This document shows positions 21,436 to 35,204 of a DNA stretch of 64,000 nucleotides, in pieces. The DNA is taken from assembly GCA_002633005.1 (NCBI GenBank), contig NMRA01000104.1:804841-868840 (forward strand), read 5' to 3'. How positions within the stretch are numbered: position 1 is the stretch's first letter; each line of letters begins with the position of its first letter. Under the pieces are notes generated by a model. That model was not told where the DNA came from. It saw only the letters and a list, made by a program, of their open reading frames with translations, and searched no databases. The stretch is from Phoronis australis (lineage: Eukaryota; Animalia; Phoronida). A program made the translations under genes and the position numbers.

Positions 21436-22892
21436 TTTTCTATTGCATGTTGCTAGTTCATACCAAGACACACCGAACACGTTCGATGTTTACGTCGCGC
21501 TGTGCAAGATGACCCACCAGTCTCATTGTTCAATGACTTTATCGGGACGAATAGTGTACACATGTACGTCACACCATGAGGTACACGTACCCGTAATCTG
21601 TGACCCGATTTCGGTTTATGATTGGTGGTATATTTGAAGGCCACGGGCAATCCCATTCTGTGTGCGCAGACTCATCACATTCTTGTATTTTGATCTGACA
21701 CGACTTCTATCAGGTCTGTCAAAAAGGAAATAACTGAGTGGGATTGGATTGAGAACATTGATGTGAATTTTTTTCATTTTATGCGTATCTTCATGACTGG
21801 TAAGGCTATAAGCCTTCCAATGATGTATTAACTATTGTTCCAACCCTTCGGATTTTTTTTGTGCAGCGACCAACAAACTTCACATCAACAGCCTGACTGT
21901 GTTTGTTTTGTTCATTGTCCCAGTGAAATGGTGCAATTACTTTGACAAGTGGCTTTTGTCCTTTGCAAGTTTTCACTGTGTATTCGTCAGCAGGTTGTAA
22001 GGTGCATCCAAACAATTTTTTTTTCGTCAGATTTTCGAGCGATTTTTATGACTGACTTGGAGCCTACTTTTGCCATTAATATTTTCTTCGCGTGGACGGC
22101 CCTCCAACTTTGACCACGTCCTCAAAAAACCTGGCGACAAAATCGAACGGGAGTCGGATGTGTTGGATTTTTAGACAAAAGTGATTAAAAACGTGATTGA
22201 CATGTGACCAGAAAGGTCACGTGATATGCGATGACCAAAATAGGGAACAGGAAGGTATGTTTGCGTTTGGAAAATGCTGGTATCTAGGAGAGACTTCACT
22301 GTTGATTGCAATTTGGAAGTCAGGAGAACCGGCTGTACAACACAAAGCTTGCAGGTTAGGACAGAAACAATCACGCGTCCTTTATTCAGGGCTAGCCCTA
22401 CGGGTCGTAAACACTGTCAACTTAAGGATGTTTTTTGTTGCCAGCTTACTACTGCCTTTAGCGTCAGCTGTTAGCTACATTCCTTTCAATTCAAGTTCAG
22501 TTCTTACTGTCGTTTTGCAGAATTATATAAAGCTACTTGTGCAAGAAATCGGGTATTTTTTGTCGTGATTAACTCGAGCCTCGGCCGAGAACCGTTTGAT
22601 GCAATTGGCAAGATTAGCAAACGAATACAGTACCATGGTAAGGTTTTCCTTTTTACGTAAGATTAATGTGAACTCTGAAAGCAAATTTGATCTGCATATT
22701 GATCAGCAAGTGACTTTCCAGTGAGCAGACGCACGGCGATTGACCGCCGAGACACGGAACAGCGGGCTATGATTTGTGCAGATTATGTAGTTACATGAAT
22801 AAACCCACGAGTAGCCAATACTTCGGGGCCATTAAGTTTTAATAGTGACTAATCATACCTTCATATTAATCGTTGGGGGTATATTGACCGCT

Positions 22893-23686
22893 GCGATGGT
22901 TTTGCTGCAAAAACTGTGATTCAATCTTGCGTCAGCTTTCGGCGCCATGAAATACTGCATCACCTATTGGTCAGTTTTTTCTTCCCCGATTCTTGAATGA
23001 AATGTTCTCTTTCACGAGGTTGTGTATATATCACAAAATATTATCGGAACTGGTTTCATTTTGTTACAAGTTTTTAGTATTTTTTGCTGCGAAGCTGTCA
23101 TTATCTACCAAGAGGTGTCGCCAAATGTTAGGATACGACACGTGCGCGTGTTACAAGCGCACTATTTTCAAAACAACGACAGGCTTTTCTTTGTTATAAA
23201 AGGCGGTAAATTAGTCAAGAAAATGACGTTTATTTGATTATTTTTCACTTAAACGGCTGCAATGGGCAAGATCTGCAAAATCTGGGAGTCAACCGACACT
23301 CACTTTGTCTGTTACAGCAGTGTAAGTGAAAAACAATCTAACAAACGCTATTTTCTTGACTAATTACGCATTTTGTAACAAAGAAAAGTATGTCGTCGTT
23401 TTGAAAACAATACGCTTGTGACACACGCCGTATCCTAAATTTTTGCGACATCTCTCGAGAGAGGATGACAGCTTTGCAGCTGCAAAATTTGCTGGCCTCA
23501 AAATTCTAAAAAAATGCAATGAAGTGAAACTAGTTCCGATAATTTATTGTGACATGCACGCAACCTCGTGAAAGAACAACAGTTGATCGGCGAATAAAGA
23601 AACTGGCCAATAGGTGATGCAATATATCATGGCGCCGAAAGCCGACGCAAAAGATCGCACCACAATTTTAGCAGCAGAATAACGGT
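22893..23686. mobile_element. Fold-back/MITE-like long imperfect inverted repeat (~380-bp arms, ~30-bp spacer)
   Basis: e.g. GCGTCAGCTTTCGGCGCCATGAAATACTGCATCACCTATTGG (left) mirrors CCAATAGGTGATGCAATATATCATGGCGCCGAAAGCCGACGC (right); mirror similarity continues to the centre near 23285. Confidence 0.75.
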
Positions 23687-25499
23687 AAAACGCCAGTTTT
23701 CCCATCACCACTAAATGATTTAGTGTACTCAAGTAATAGTGTAATTTTTAATGACACTAAATTTGTGTCAGATTTTATCTGGTCAATTTTTTACCCGCAT
23801 CGGCGGAAAGCTGTGTATTTAGTATACAGCTTTGCGCCAAGGCTAATGTACCGACTACTAAGTTTCGTACTTTATCACATTTGCTTTCTGTCTCGGGCGA
23901 GTAGTAGGCTTATTCTTATATTAACAATTTATCACGATTGCTTTCTATCTCGGGCGAGCAGTAGGCTTATTCTTATGTTAATATTTACTATTAAAAACTC
24001 GTATAAAGTTGGGGTTGTGCCAAACAAAGAATATGTTTCAGTCGTGTCAGTGCATAAACTTGTAGCTCTATAGACGCTTTAAAATGCTGTGTTGGGCCAT
24101 TAGCCAATACTCAGCTCTAAACAGAGTTGATGGTCCACTGGAGGGCTTTTCACCACTTGGTGAAATGGATATGTTCTGCAGTGATTAGTTGGGTTCATGT
24201 GCAAAATGAATGTTAATGCAAATAAATGGTCGATGTTTTAATTATCTGTTCAGTAATAACTTCTGAAATAGTCACGTAAATGTTCCGATGTTTTAGTTCA
24301 TTAGTTCACCAGTAGGTTGAAAAATGCAATGGCGGAGTGACGAGCGAAATGTATTTCCCACCTTTGAGTGATTAAGTTCTTTCGAAGGGCTTGATTTCCG
24401 TGCAGTTATATCCGCCGTATTAATTCTGGAAATAAATATATTTGCGCGATGTCAATTTCGTCTAGTGCGGGTTAATGTTTGACGTGCAATTCGTGTGATG
24501 TGTATGGCACTTGATTATATACTTTCACTGTGCGGACTTCCAATCCTGTTTAAGGGTTGGTTTACCGACTAATTGAGCCATGTCATGCACCAAAAACACT
24601 CCACGAGGTCTTCTACTCACGTCCGCAATGTAGTCGTTTCATCGTCGTCAACTTTGCTATTCAGATCCCCATATCCGTTACGGGTGATCGAGCCCGGCGG
24701 TTTCCTTGCCATCGCAAGCATTAAATTCATGGCACTGATAGTAGGACGATATGAGCTACAAGGGCGCGCCATGGAATGTTATGCTGATTTTTCATGAAAA
24801 GCTTCTAGACTAAAATTATGTGTCACAGTCTATATTTCAACCCTCTCACCATGGTCATAAGTGCTTGCAAATACCCAAAATTGTAACCCTAGACATAATC
24901 TGAAGATGTCCCGCCGAAGCCAGCTGGTGGACAGTGGGTCTAGAAACACCGACATTTTCAATTGTTGCCTATTTGTTACGGTAGATGCTTACTTAATGAG
25001 TATGTCCAGATGCCTTCTAGGACACACCAAGCGGAATTAATATTTAACTTATCTTCACAAGTAACAAGGTTTATAAAGATTGAACTACAAATCTTGCATG
25101 CTCATTGTTTTGCAACGTGCTACCGCCTCCAAGCCTTACTGAATTTTTCAGACTGCCAACGAGAAACACGCTGAATTGACAGGATTGTACTGGAAGCATG
25201 AGGTATGGTTAATGTCTTTACCCTCACCGGGTGTGACAATGTGCTCCGCGTGCACCAGCACATATTGTCGACCCCCTTAGTGGAAAACACGTGCCTTTAC
25301 ACTCGATACAGATTGTCTCCTCGTCTCTCATGCGCTCAATTGAGCATGGTTACCAGGGTTTTTGACACGTAGGTGAAGGGAGGCGGGGGTTCATGATCGG
25401 GAAAAAAAACGAAAAACACTCAAGCATTCTCTACTTTCTTGTTTGGACGTTCTTTCCTTTATTTTTACCAGCTTACAACGCGGAAAGACTTCATCAAGC

Positions 25500-25900
25500 G
25501 AGAGACGCATCACTGAAACCGGAACGTTTCGTAAATTAAGCCCTGCACATTATTTACGCTTGCCAATTCATAAAAAAGTGCGGGTCAGTGCTGCTCAACG
25601 ATTCCTGTACTTGCCGTTATTTCGGTTTTCTTAATGACTTGACAACAAGAAACACGCAAGCTCTCTTGGAGACCCTGTGTGTTCTGAGTGTGATACTGAC
25701 GTTGAAGCCCCTAAACACCAGGTAGAGTCTTGTCTAGCTTTTTATAGGCTAAGGAGCAACCTACTGGATGGCACTGTTACATGCATACAACATATAGTGC
25801 ATGGCAACAAATGGAAACGTCTGTCCGTTTTCTTAAATGAGATAGGCAGACTTGAAAACTTCTTTCACGAAGAACCTGTAGATCCGTTACGTGGTTCTCG
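25500..25900 (+). mobile_element. Decayed 3' fragment of a non-LTR retrotransposon ORF2 (C-terminal CCHC finger)
   Basis: DPVCSECDTDVEAPKHQVESCLAFYRLR...LSVFLNEIGRL resembles the CxxC..E..H...C tail of I/Nimb/Ingi/R1-type LINEs. Confidence 0.5.
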
Positions 25901-26409
25901 TTAGCTCAGGCGTTTCGTGCAATGGACCCAACTATGAGGCCTGCGCACGTCTGATGCACTGCAAATGACGCCAGACCACCAACACTTTTTTCTGTTGCCT
26001 TGTCTGTTGAACAGGATACACGGTGTCAGATCACTGTGTTCTGTAATCGCGTTTGTGTTCACCATAACAGGTGTCAAATCCCTTAGGCTTTATGGCCTGG
26101 CTTTGTGTTCATCACAAAACACTTGCGTTTAATAATCTTGTTTTGTGTTGGCAAAAACGTCAAATGTGTCGCTGCGATCGCTTACTTATGTTCTTAGGTA
26201 TTGAGAAACACGGTGCCAAGATATTGCGTCTTCAGTCGTCCTTTCTCAAGTAAATTTCTCCCTTCAAATATATTCTGTCTTTCTTTGCGTGGGTTAATTT
26301 ATAGTACGTATACGCGTTCCCCTGATTTGGTGCTTCCGTCGTATTTTATGCAAAATTGGTTAAATACACGACACTTATCGTTATTAACAATCTTTATTCC
26401 ATTCCTTTC

Positions 26410-26638
26410 CATGCACGCACCCATCCTAAAAATGGAGGGGCTCGAATTTTTTAAAATGTGGACCTTTTATTATAAAAACGGGTACGTTCAAAGCTATGAA
26501 TTGTGCATTCACCGAAATTTTGATAGTTCCTGTCTTTTTAGTGGGTTTTGTTTCGTTTTCTACTTTTTCGGAGTTTTTGTTTCTCTGATGCGGACATTTT
26601 TGCCCACTTCGCCCGAGCCCCCCCTGGATGCACGCATG
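26410..26638. mobile_element. MITE with 5-bp TSD
   Basis: Imperfect TIR CATGCACGCACCCA / TGGATGCACGCATG; CTTTC on both flanks (26405-26409, 26639-26643). Confidence 0.65.
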
Positions 26639-27410
26639 CTTTCTTATCCTCGGAACAAAGTTCGACACTCAACAGAACATTGGTGAAGCAACTGACCAAG
26701 ATTGGTTGGTTAGGGACTACAATACTTCCCATCGCTTTCTGTACTTATTTCGTCCCGTGTATTTTAAACGGGCGGTAGGCGAAATCCGCTCACCGATTAA
26801 GAGTTTTCACCTCGTGAAAATACATTATACATTTAAAACTATCACTTAAAAAGCTTACTTTCTTCAGTGATCCTTTCTGCTTCAACGCATATCTTCGATG
26901 AAGCATAGCTACGACAATCAAGGTGACTTTGGAGAAGATTTCCAACTCCACTTTTTTTGGTTACCATTATCTTTTCTAAACGCGCACGCGCGATAACCAC
27001 GAAGTACTTCAACTGAGTCAGGCGAGTTAGGCAAAGACTTGCGCGAGACTGAGCGAAGCGCGTGACGTGGCGCGTGGCACTTGCACACTAGCACGGGATG
27101 ATATCAGGTGAAATTTATAAGATTTGTGTCCCTTGGACTTTTTTTCGTGAACAGACGTGATTTCACGTAACTTCCTCCAATGGCCCACATTGAGAGAAAC
27201 TCTGCGAATCGCGACAGATTTTCATGGATATGTTCAAGTTATGCTGACTAAATTGTATCCAGAGTCATGATATGCCTTAATTATAACTCCATGTTCCTAT
27301 ATGCATGTTTCATTCGATTTTACTTGCAGTATTTTGAAATGAGTAACTTTTTATGGGGATGCACTATCGCCAGTGTATGCCTGCGGCATTCAGGGCGATG
27401 TAATTGCCTA

Positions 27411-27625
27411 ACTTGTTTCATTCTCAAGTGGAAATAAAATGAAGCAGTAAGACAACCACAGAGCAAAAGCTAGTAACATGCACAGTGGGACACGGCAGGT
27501 ATGAAATAATGCAAAGAATGAAGAATGGAGAGGACAACAGGAAAGTCACGCAAACAAGCCTAACGTGCGGCGCGACCCTGTTTGCTGATCATTCAAAACA
27601 GGTTTCTCTAATGTAATCAAAAGTG
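27411..27625 (+). repeat. Dispersed repeat, direct copy of ~29403-29615
   Basis: Shared ACTTGTTTCATTCTCAAGTG...GGAAAGTCACGCAAACAAG..TAACGTGCGGCGCGACCCTGTTTGCTG. Confidence 0.8.
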
Positions 27626-27927
27626 ACCCCAATACTTTCAATCACAGCATATCGTGCTTACGTATCGAATTGACGAGTTTTCCACAATTTCTTGACGTTC
27701 ATGACATTGCAAAATGTTCTTGGATAGCGCCAATTTGAAGATGCATAGGTAACCAACGGGAAAGACAGCAAACCGTTTGACCAACAGTGACATTGGTTGA
27801 CATTTGAACGAAGACATTCGTTCATAAGGCATACAAACTCATAAAAACACTACACTGGGCAACTCGGCGGACTTTCGCTTTAGAAATGTTATTTTTGATG
27901 AAGTTGGAGGACTTCCTATTCCGATAT

Positions 27928-28127
27928 TAAATAATGACATCGAGATAATCATCGGGCCGAACCGGTAATAAATAATGACATCGAGGTAATCATCGGGCCG
28001 ATAATAAATAATGAAATCGAGGCAATCATCAGGAGATAATAAAAAATGACATCGAGGTAATCATCGGGTGATAATAAAAAAATGACATCGAGGTAATCAT
28101 CGGGCGATAATAAATAATGACATCGAC
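27928..28127. repeat. Minisatellite, ~35-bp unit x5.5
   Basis: TAAATAATGACATCGAGGTAATCATCGGGxxGATAA repeated. Confidence 0.9.
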
Positions 28128-29248
28128 AATTTTGCATAACGGAAAACGTACTACCGAAGAACAACCATCATACTTTATGTACACACTGACACGGTTACGT
28201 AATAGTTGATTAGATGACAACATTGAGCCAACTCATAAACGAACAAAAACGTACAATGACGCGAATGTACAGAATCTTGAAAACTTTCAGAAATGCAGTA
28301 CTCACATACACTCCCAGAAAGAGTATCTTCTCGATTAAGCATTCTACGAAAGGGTTCACGTCATAGGTTAGGAATTCTACAAAAGGGTTAATTTTTTCAG
28401 CTGAACTGTAGCGAAAGGTTACATATTTTGTAAATAGGTTTCATTGGTTAAAGAGGAAAGTAACGGTTTTTGGCATTACATTTCGTAAAAATACAGGTTC
28501 CTGGTTATCGTTGAAATGCGTTTTCCGTGTTTATTACTGATCCACTGGCGAGTGTTTACTCACCTTGTCACAATAGATAGTGACGTAAACGGCCCGGCAA
28601 AGGGCACACATCTTGGTTTTTCACCCAGTTCCATTTAGAGAACATCATGTCCCATGTAGAGTTCAGTCCTGTTTGTTCAATGAAAATGAATACAGACACA
28701 AGATGCGGGCCCTTCGTTATGCCGTCACTTTCTATGGTTCTACGTATAGTACCTGCTCGTCAAGCTAACAGTAATTAACACTACAAACATAACCAGAGAT
28801 CCGTGTATTCCCTGCAGTTCACATGAAGACGGTTGCTTCCTTCTTTTAAGACTACAGTAAAAAATGTTGGTATTCAAATTTAATCGTGTACAGAAGCATT
28901 TTGAGCGTTTCGCCCCAAATGCAAAAGAAGTATGAAAAAATACGCAAGTGCAACGTTTCCCAGGAAGTGGTCCCCTTTTAATCATACCATTTCTCTGAAA
29001 TCGCGGGTTTTATCTTTTTGGCTGTCTAAAGAGTTGGCATCCCAATCTCCCTGGGGCATCCACCTCCCACCCCGCTTGGTACCTCGTGCGAGAGCTGCAA
29101 CAAACTCGAGGCCTTTCCAGTCAGTAATGGAGTGCATCCTTACCGTCCGGTGGCGCCCTCTTCCTCATAATTTGCGATTGATTCAGATGATCCACATTAA
29201 TGTTTCTATTGTAGTGTTTGACTGTACTTCGGGAGCAAGTTTTCTGTT

Positions 29249-29888
29249 ATACAGAATTTGTTGAATGCACGACACTTTTCATTGTTCACGGTCTTTATTC
29301 CGTTGCGTTCATACTTTCTGAACAAAACTCTACTCTCTACTGAACATAGATACAGTAACTGACCTAGCGACATAATTAAAAGACACACGATATTTCGAAA
29401 CATACTTGTTTCATTCTCAAGTGAAGATAAAATGACGCAGTAATGCCACCACAGAGTATAAGCTGACGACACACACAGTGAGACACGGCGGGTGTGAAAT
29501 ACTGCAAAGAATGACTAAAGAATTGGGGTAACAGGAAAGTCACGCAAACAAGTGTAACGTGCGGCGCGACCCTGTTTGCTGCTCATTCAAAATAGGCTTC
29601 TCAAAAGCAATTAAAAGNTTAGTCATTCTTTGCAGTATTTCACACCCGCCGTGTCTCACTGTGTGTGTCGTCAGCTTATACTCTGTGGTGGCATTACTGC
29701 GTCATTTTATCTTCACTTGAGAATGAAACAAGTATGTTTCGAAATATCGTGTGTCTTTTAATTATGTCGCTAGGTCAGTTACTGTATCTATGTTCAGTAG
29801 AGAGTAGAGTTTTGTTCAGAAAGTATGAACGCAACGGAATAAAGACCGTGAACAATGAAAAGTGTCGTGCATTCAACAAATTCTGTAT
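29249..29888. repeat. Near-perfect inverted duplication: 270-bp arms (29249-29518, 29619-29888) with 100-bp spacer
   Basis: Arms are reverse complements by eye; the ORF track gives the same ~75-aa translation on both strands (29206..29472 - and 29665..29946 +). Confidence 0.9.
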
Positions 29889-31885
29889 TGTAGTGTTTAA
29901 AAAGAAACGTGTTTATGCTAAACAGCAGAGCAAACAACCCCCTTAGTAGGACAAACCCTAAAAAATCATTCTTTGAATATATTTCGGAGAGACTCCTCAA
30001 CTGGAAAATTGCAGTATACAAAGAAAATAAGAAACAATTTTGCACCCTATACAAAGAAAAAGAGCGTCAATCGAAGTTGCTAGAAAACATTTTGGATAGT
30101 AGAAATAATCCAAAGCAATTCTGAGCTCTGGTGAAATCAAATTTTAATTGTAGTCCGAAGGAAACTTCGATAACTCCAGAAGGGTGGTACGTTTATTATT
30201 TTTAATTCGTTGCTCAATAAAGGGATAGAACTGAGCGACACTATGTCAAATGCGGCCGTATGACAAGAAGAAAATCATGACAATTATTGTGATGCTTGTG
30301 ACGAAAATTTACCCCGTGATTTGAACACTTGTTTTTCATGAGTCAAAATTGACTGCGCTATACTGGATCTTCCAAACGGCAATGTAACCGGCATTGATTA
30401 TGTTGTGTTTGAGATGTTGAAGAGTACAAGGATAGCTATTGTTCCTGTATTGGAACTGCTTTTCATTGAAATTCTCGCTACAGGTCCGCTACCCACAGGG
30501 CTGGTGTGCCGCAGTAATTGTTCCCGCATTTAAACAGGGTAACACTGAAGATAAGAACAATTATAGAGGTATCTCATTGTTGTCAGCAGTAGGAAAGCTA
30601 TTCACCAAACTTTTGAATAACCGGCTTAGCACCTGGACTGAGGCAAATGACGAACTTTGTGAATCATAATCCGCAAGGGTTATTGCCCCCCAAGACCAAG
30701 TGTTTACGCTTCGGGCCTTGTGCCAAGAATAGTGTGTGTAAATCTTAAATTGTTTTTTTTGAGAAATGGCGGGCCACTCAGAGCGTATAAGTGGTATTAC
30801 AGAAATTAGTTAGTGAAGGTTGTCTCACAAATATAAATATCTTGGAATATTTTTTACACCAAGATTAGTTTGGTCCAAAGCGACTAAAACTCTGGCACGT
30901 GAAGGTAGTAAAGCTGCTATGTGTATCTCTGAAATTAGAAACCGGTGCAAAGAATTACCATTGAGTCTATCACTTGAACTGTTCGATAAAATCGCTGTGA
31001 CAACTTTGTGCTACGATGCGGAAATCTGGGGATTCAAAGAACATGAATGGTTTGAAAATGTATATGTTAAATTCTGTAAGATTTCTCTTAGAGTTGGAAA
31101 CTCTTGCTCAAACACAGCTGTATAAGGCGAATGTGGAATTTATCCGCTCAATGCAAAGTACTATCTCACATGTGTAAAATATTGACTGAAATTATTGAAA
31201 ATACCACCTACTAGATACGCTAAAGCGGCTTATGACATGATAGCTGATTTAGATCGGAATGGAAGAAATACCTAAGTATCTTCTCTCAGACAATTGCTCT
31301 CAAAATGCGGTTTTGAAATTTGTTTGAATCGAGATGTCACGTGCGAAGTCTCGTTTTTTAAGTTTCTTCGCGCGAAGAGTTAATGACTGCTATGAGCAGG
31401 GTTGGCAATCAGAAATTGAGCATAATGCAAAACTTAAATGGTATTGTAATTTTAAGACTCTGTATTGTTTTGAACCATATCTTAAGTTACCGCTACACAA
31501 TAGTCTTATTCAAGCGTTTACTCGGTTACGTTGTTCCAACCATAGCCTACAAGTGGAAGTGGGTAGACACGAGAAAGTGGAATATTATAATGGATTATGT
31601 TTGATTTGCAATGATGGTCTTGTAGATTAAGAATACCACTTCCTGTTGATTTGCAAGGGATCTTATGAACTTAGGTCAAGTTTTATGAAAGAATTTCAAT
31701 GGAAGCACCCAACTCAGAAATCCTGTATACGCCTGCTAGCTAATCCAGATATATCTGTCATCAAATATGTGCATTCTGCCCTTAAAAGACGAGAAGAACT
31801 ATAAATGAGTTGACTGCGTGTGCAAATGTGCCTGTTTAATTTTTGTTTATTGTACTTTTGGCCAGAGGCCTTTAATACAAATGAA
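29830..31885 (+). mobile_element. Decayed, internally deleted LINE ORF2 (RTE-X-like)
   Basis: RT N-terminal motif WCAAVIVPAFKQGNTEDKNNYRGISLLSAVGKLFTKLLNNRL; YKYLG; LFD...CYDAEIWG; C-terminal FTRLRCSNHSLQVEVGR...CLIC...EYHFLLIC. Many stops and frameshifts; RT core including YxDD absent. Confidence 0.85.
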
Positions 31886-33835
31886 CATATGAGATGGTAT
31901 TGTGTAAATGACAATACATTTCCGTTTCTTTCAATATTTTATCCAGAAAAAGTCCGGATATAGGCACTCCGACAAGTGAGGATAAATTGGAAGTCTGTTT
32001 ATAGTTTTAATGTAGCAAATCAATAAATATTTCAGTTTCATGTTCCAAACCAATAGGCCAGACGGGTCCAGTTTTCTAATTAGATTCTGCACCGTTGCAT
32101 TGACTCTATACGTCCGCGAATGACGTGAGCGTGTTTGCGCGTGTGTGTGTGTGCGTGACCGTAGAATTTGTAATGGTTTAACACAGGCAAATTGAAAAAT
32201 ATGTTCAGAAGTGTTTCAGCCGCATACAATTTCATTATCTTCATTGACAGATTGACGTGCTGAAATTGGCTCACAGACAATTTGGTAATATCGTGAATCT
32301 CATTGAAGATATGAAAACAGATGTGCGCTATGTCTATGCTGGCAACAGATTTTCACTGGAGAAACTGAGACGTGATATCCACATCACAGGTATTCTTAAC
32401 AGAGACTGTAAATTTTTAACCTGCGCCTCAACGGAAGTTTTGGAAAATAAAGATATCTCATCCTGTTCGAAAGTGTTTCGCTTACTAATCTTAACAACAC
32501 AGAAAATGAAAAATATTCTTTCGTTGTAAAAAGCTTTTCTACATTTATTTAGAATGTTTTTAAGGTAAAATTCTCAAAGTTATTAGCTTGGATCGAAAAT
32601 CAATGTTTTTCGATTTTTTTTTACCTATCGGCCAATCCTTGTGCTTGCTTGCAGCAAAGTTAATCGAAATAGAGGCAGTGATGTCATCATCATATATACG
32701 TTCATGGTCACGTTTAAGTGATTGTGAATGTAAACCTAAGCTAAATTCCAGTGTTGGACTTCCTCGCCGACTCTCAGATACTTCGAAATTATGTCAAATA
32801 TCGAAGCAAAACTGGTCAAATTCGCTTTTTAAACCCGATGATCAGATAATTACAACTGTTAACCTATGCTGTTTTTGGAGTGAGGGTAGCAATGACCATA
32901 GTAATGTGTTTTTGTACATCACGCATGAGTGCTTGAAGATCATAACTATTACACTTATGGGGAGACCTAGAAAAACGTCCAAATGGCCAACTTCAGAACT
33001 TCATATCTCAGAAAGAGTGATCGGATTCATATGAAACTATTAGACGCTATGTTGTATGCACTGTTGTTCAAACCTAAATTAGGAATTGCTTTTAAATTGC
33101 TCTACTTTTGTATGAAAGGCTATCAAAATGGGACTTTTGCGATCTTCAAGATAAAACGCAAAATTTGAAATAAAAAAAAAGAAAATGAAATAGTTTAGAA
33201 AACTGTATCACCGTTTATATTAAATAAAATTTGATCATGTTATTAATACCGTCGTTATGTTATCGTTGTAATTTCCTTTTTTGATACATTTTACTAAAAG
33301 CTACGATCACGTGACCCGATTAAGGAGGTTTGAGATTTATAAAGACACGTACATAAGGAAAGATGGTGGGATTAATTGTTAGAATTGCACGGCAAAGTAA
33401 CTGAGTGTAGCTGAAACCAATTTCGGAGATACCCTCATCCCAAATAGAACACCATGTCCCAACAATGGCCGCACATGAAACTTTCCGCGACTTTGCTTTA
33501 CTATTTTTTCCAAAAACTTTGCTAGCAGTTGCTGTAATGTTCCAGTTTTGCACGAGGGCTATTAAAATAGGATTTCCCTTCTTAAACTGATCTTGAGCAT
33601 TCATATCACTTAAATAAAATTTCATTATATTAGTGATACCTTTGTTGTGACATGACTGTAACTTTCTTTTTAACTACAATTTTCTAAAAAGACATTTTCA
33701 CGTGACTGAGTTAATGGCAGATCAATAAAAAGTCATAAATTGAAGTCTACGGGCTGTCCACTTCCAGAAATATGCACTTTTACTGAGTGAAAAATCAATC
33801 TATAATTCTGTAGATATTTGGCTAAATAAGCAATA

Positions 33836-33970
33836 AGGCTGTCTACCCTGTGTTTCGCAGTTAGGCTGTCTACCCTGTGTTTCGCAGTTAGGCTGTCTAC
33901 CCTGTGTTTCGCAATTAGGCTGTCTACCCTGTGTTTCGCAATTAGGCTGTCTACCCTGTGTTTCGCAGTT
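33836..33970. repeat. Minisatellite, 27-bp unit x5
   Basis: AGGCTGTCTACCCTGTGTTTCGCA(G/A)TT repeated; explains the CETQGRQPN repeats in ORF 33800..34123. Confidence 0.95.
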
Positions 33971-35204
33971 ATCTATGAGTGTTCGGTTCAGTGGTACAAA
34001 ACTGTCACCAAGACTACGAAAGCTAGTAACAATAATGCAAGAAACCGGCGCACTCAGTGCGTTGCACGCCACATGGTGATATTCTCCGATGCCCTTAATT
34101 AAGAACCTGGTGTAGTCTACCATTCTGTGCTAGAATATATTATGGTTTTCGTCTAATACTAGTTCACGCTTGCTAAGTTTCATCACAAAATCTCGAAATT
34201 GTAGCTCGAAAGATTTTGACCGCAACTAATCTGCTAAAACGAATATACTTGAGCATACAATCAAAGACATTATCTTGATTTCGTCCTCAAATAAAAAAGA
34301 AAATATCAGAAATAAAATGAAGGCCAGTTAAGATTGATTTCACTCGTAGATATCTTGCAACTGAGAAAAGTATAATACTCTTTGTCCCATGGCTAAGTGC
34401 CAAGTTTTCGTCTCATACGAGTGGCCCGAGTATTGCTCAATACGGCCCGATTCATCAGCAGGAGACAGATAATATGCATATCAGATGTAAAAATTGATTA
34501 TGACTGTCCACTATTTAGTTTCACTCTTTAGTTCACAGACGAGAGAAAGTTGTTTTGGCATTCGTTTAAAGGAAATACGTTTCAGCAACTTCGAATGAAA
34601 AAATTACCCAACTATGAGAGAAGCTACATTAATTTGAAGAGTGAAAGTCACGAAACCAGCACAACGCATTTTGCTTGTAAACTGCTTTCTGGAAAAACTT
34701 GACATCCCAGATGTTTACTATGAATAACTGAATTAAGCACAATACCACGATTCAGACAGATTTTGCATAACTCAATGCAGTTTTTTTGGTCTCAGGAGGA
34801 CAATTTGGCTATGTTATGTTATGAGGAAATACGATAACTTTGTTCCTGACGGTACATAATGCTATCTTCGTAAAACAGACCATGGATCCGAACTTGCCAA
34901 CGTCCTCACCAGCTCCGAAGAATGAAGATTTGTTTCTCGAACACTCTCGAAAACAGCAACTGTGTCAAGGTGCTTTGGACGGAAAGCATGTAATTGGCAT
35001 ACATCTCCCAATTAACAATGGTACCCTACATTTACATGGCCAACTATAAAAGGTTTCTTCCTCCTCCTAATTTTGCTGCTCGTCAGTCGGATACTGGTGC
35101 CCCTGCTGCAGTGCTAACCACTAGTTTACGTCAAAGTTGACTAACCATTCGCCATTCTAGCTCCAACAAAGCTTAATTATAGTGTATACATGGAGTGCTG
35201 CAAT

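Noticed and set aside
29206-29946. Two ORFs with identical N-terminal translation on opposite strands, suggesting a duplicated small gene
   Set aside because: Product of the inverted duplication; non-ATG starts, and the sequence is repeat/LINE-derived
29249-31885. Twin-priming 5' inversion of the LINE
   Set aside because: The arms include non-LINE flanking repeat and are far more alike than the LINE's decay would allow, so the inversion is later than the insertion
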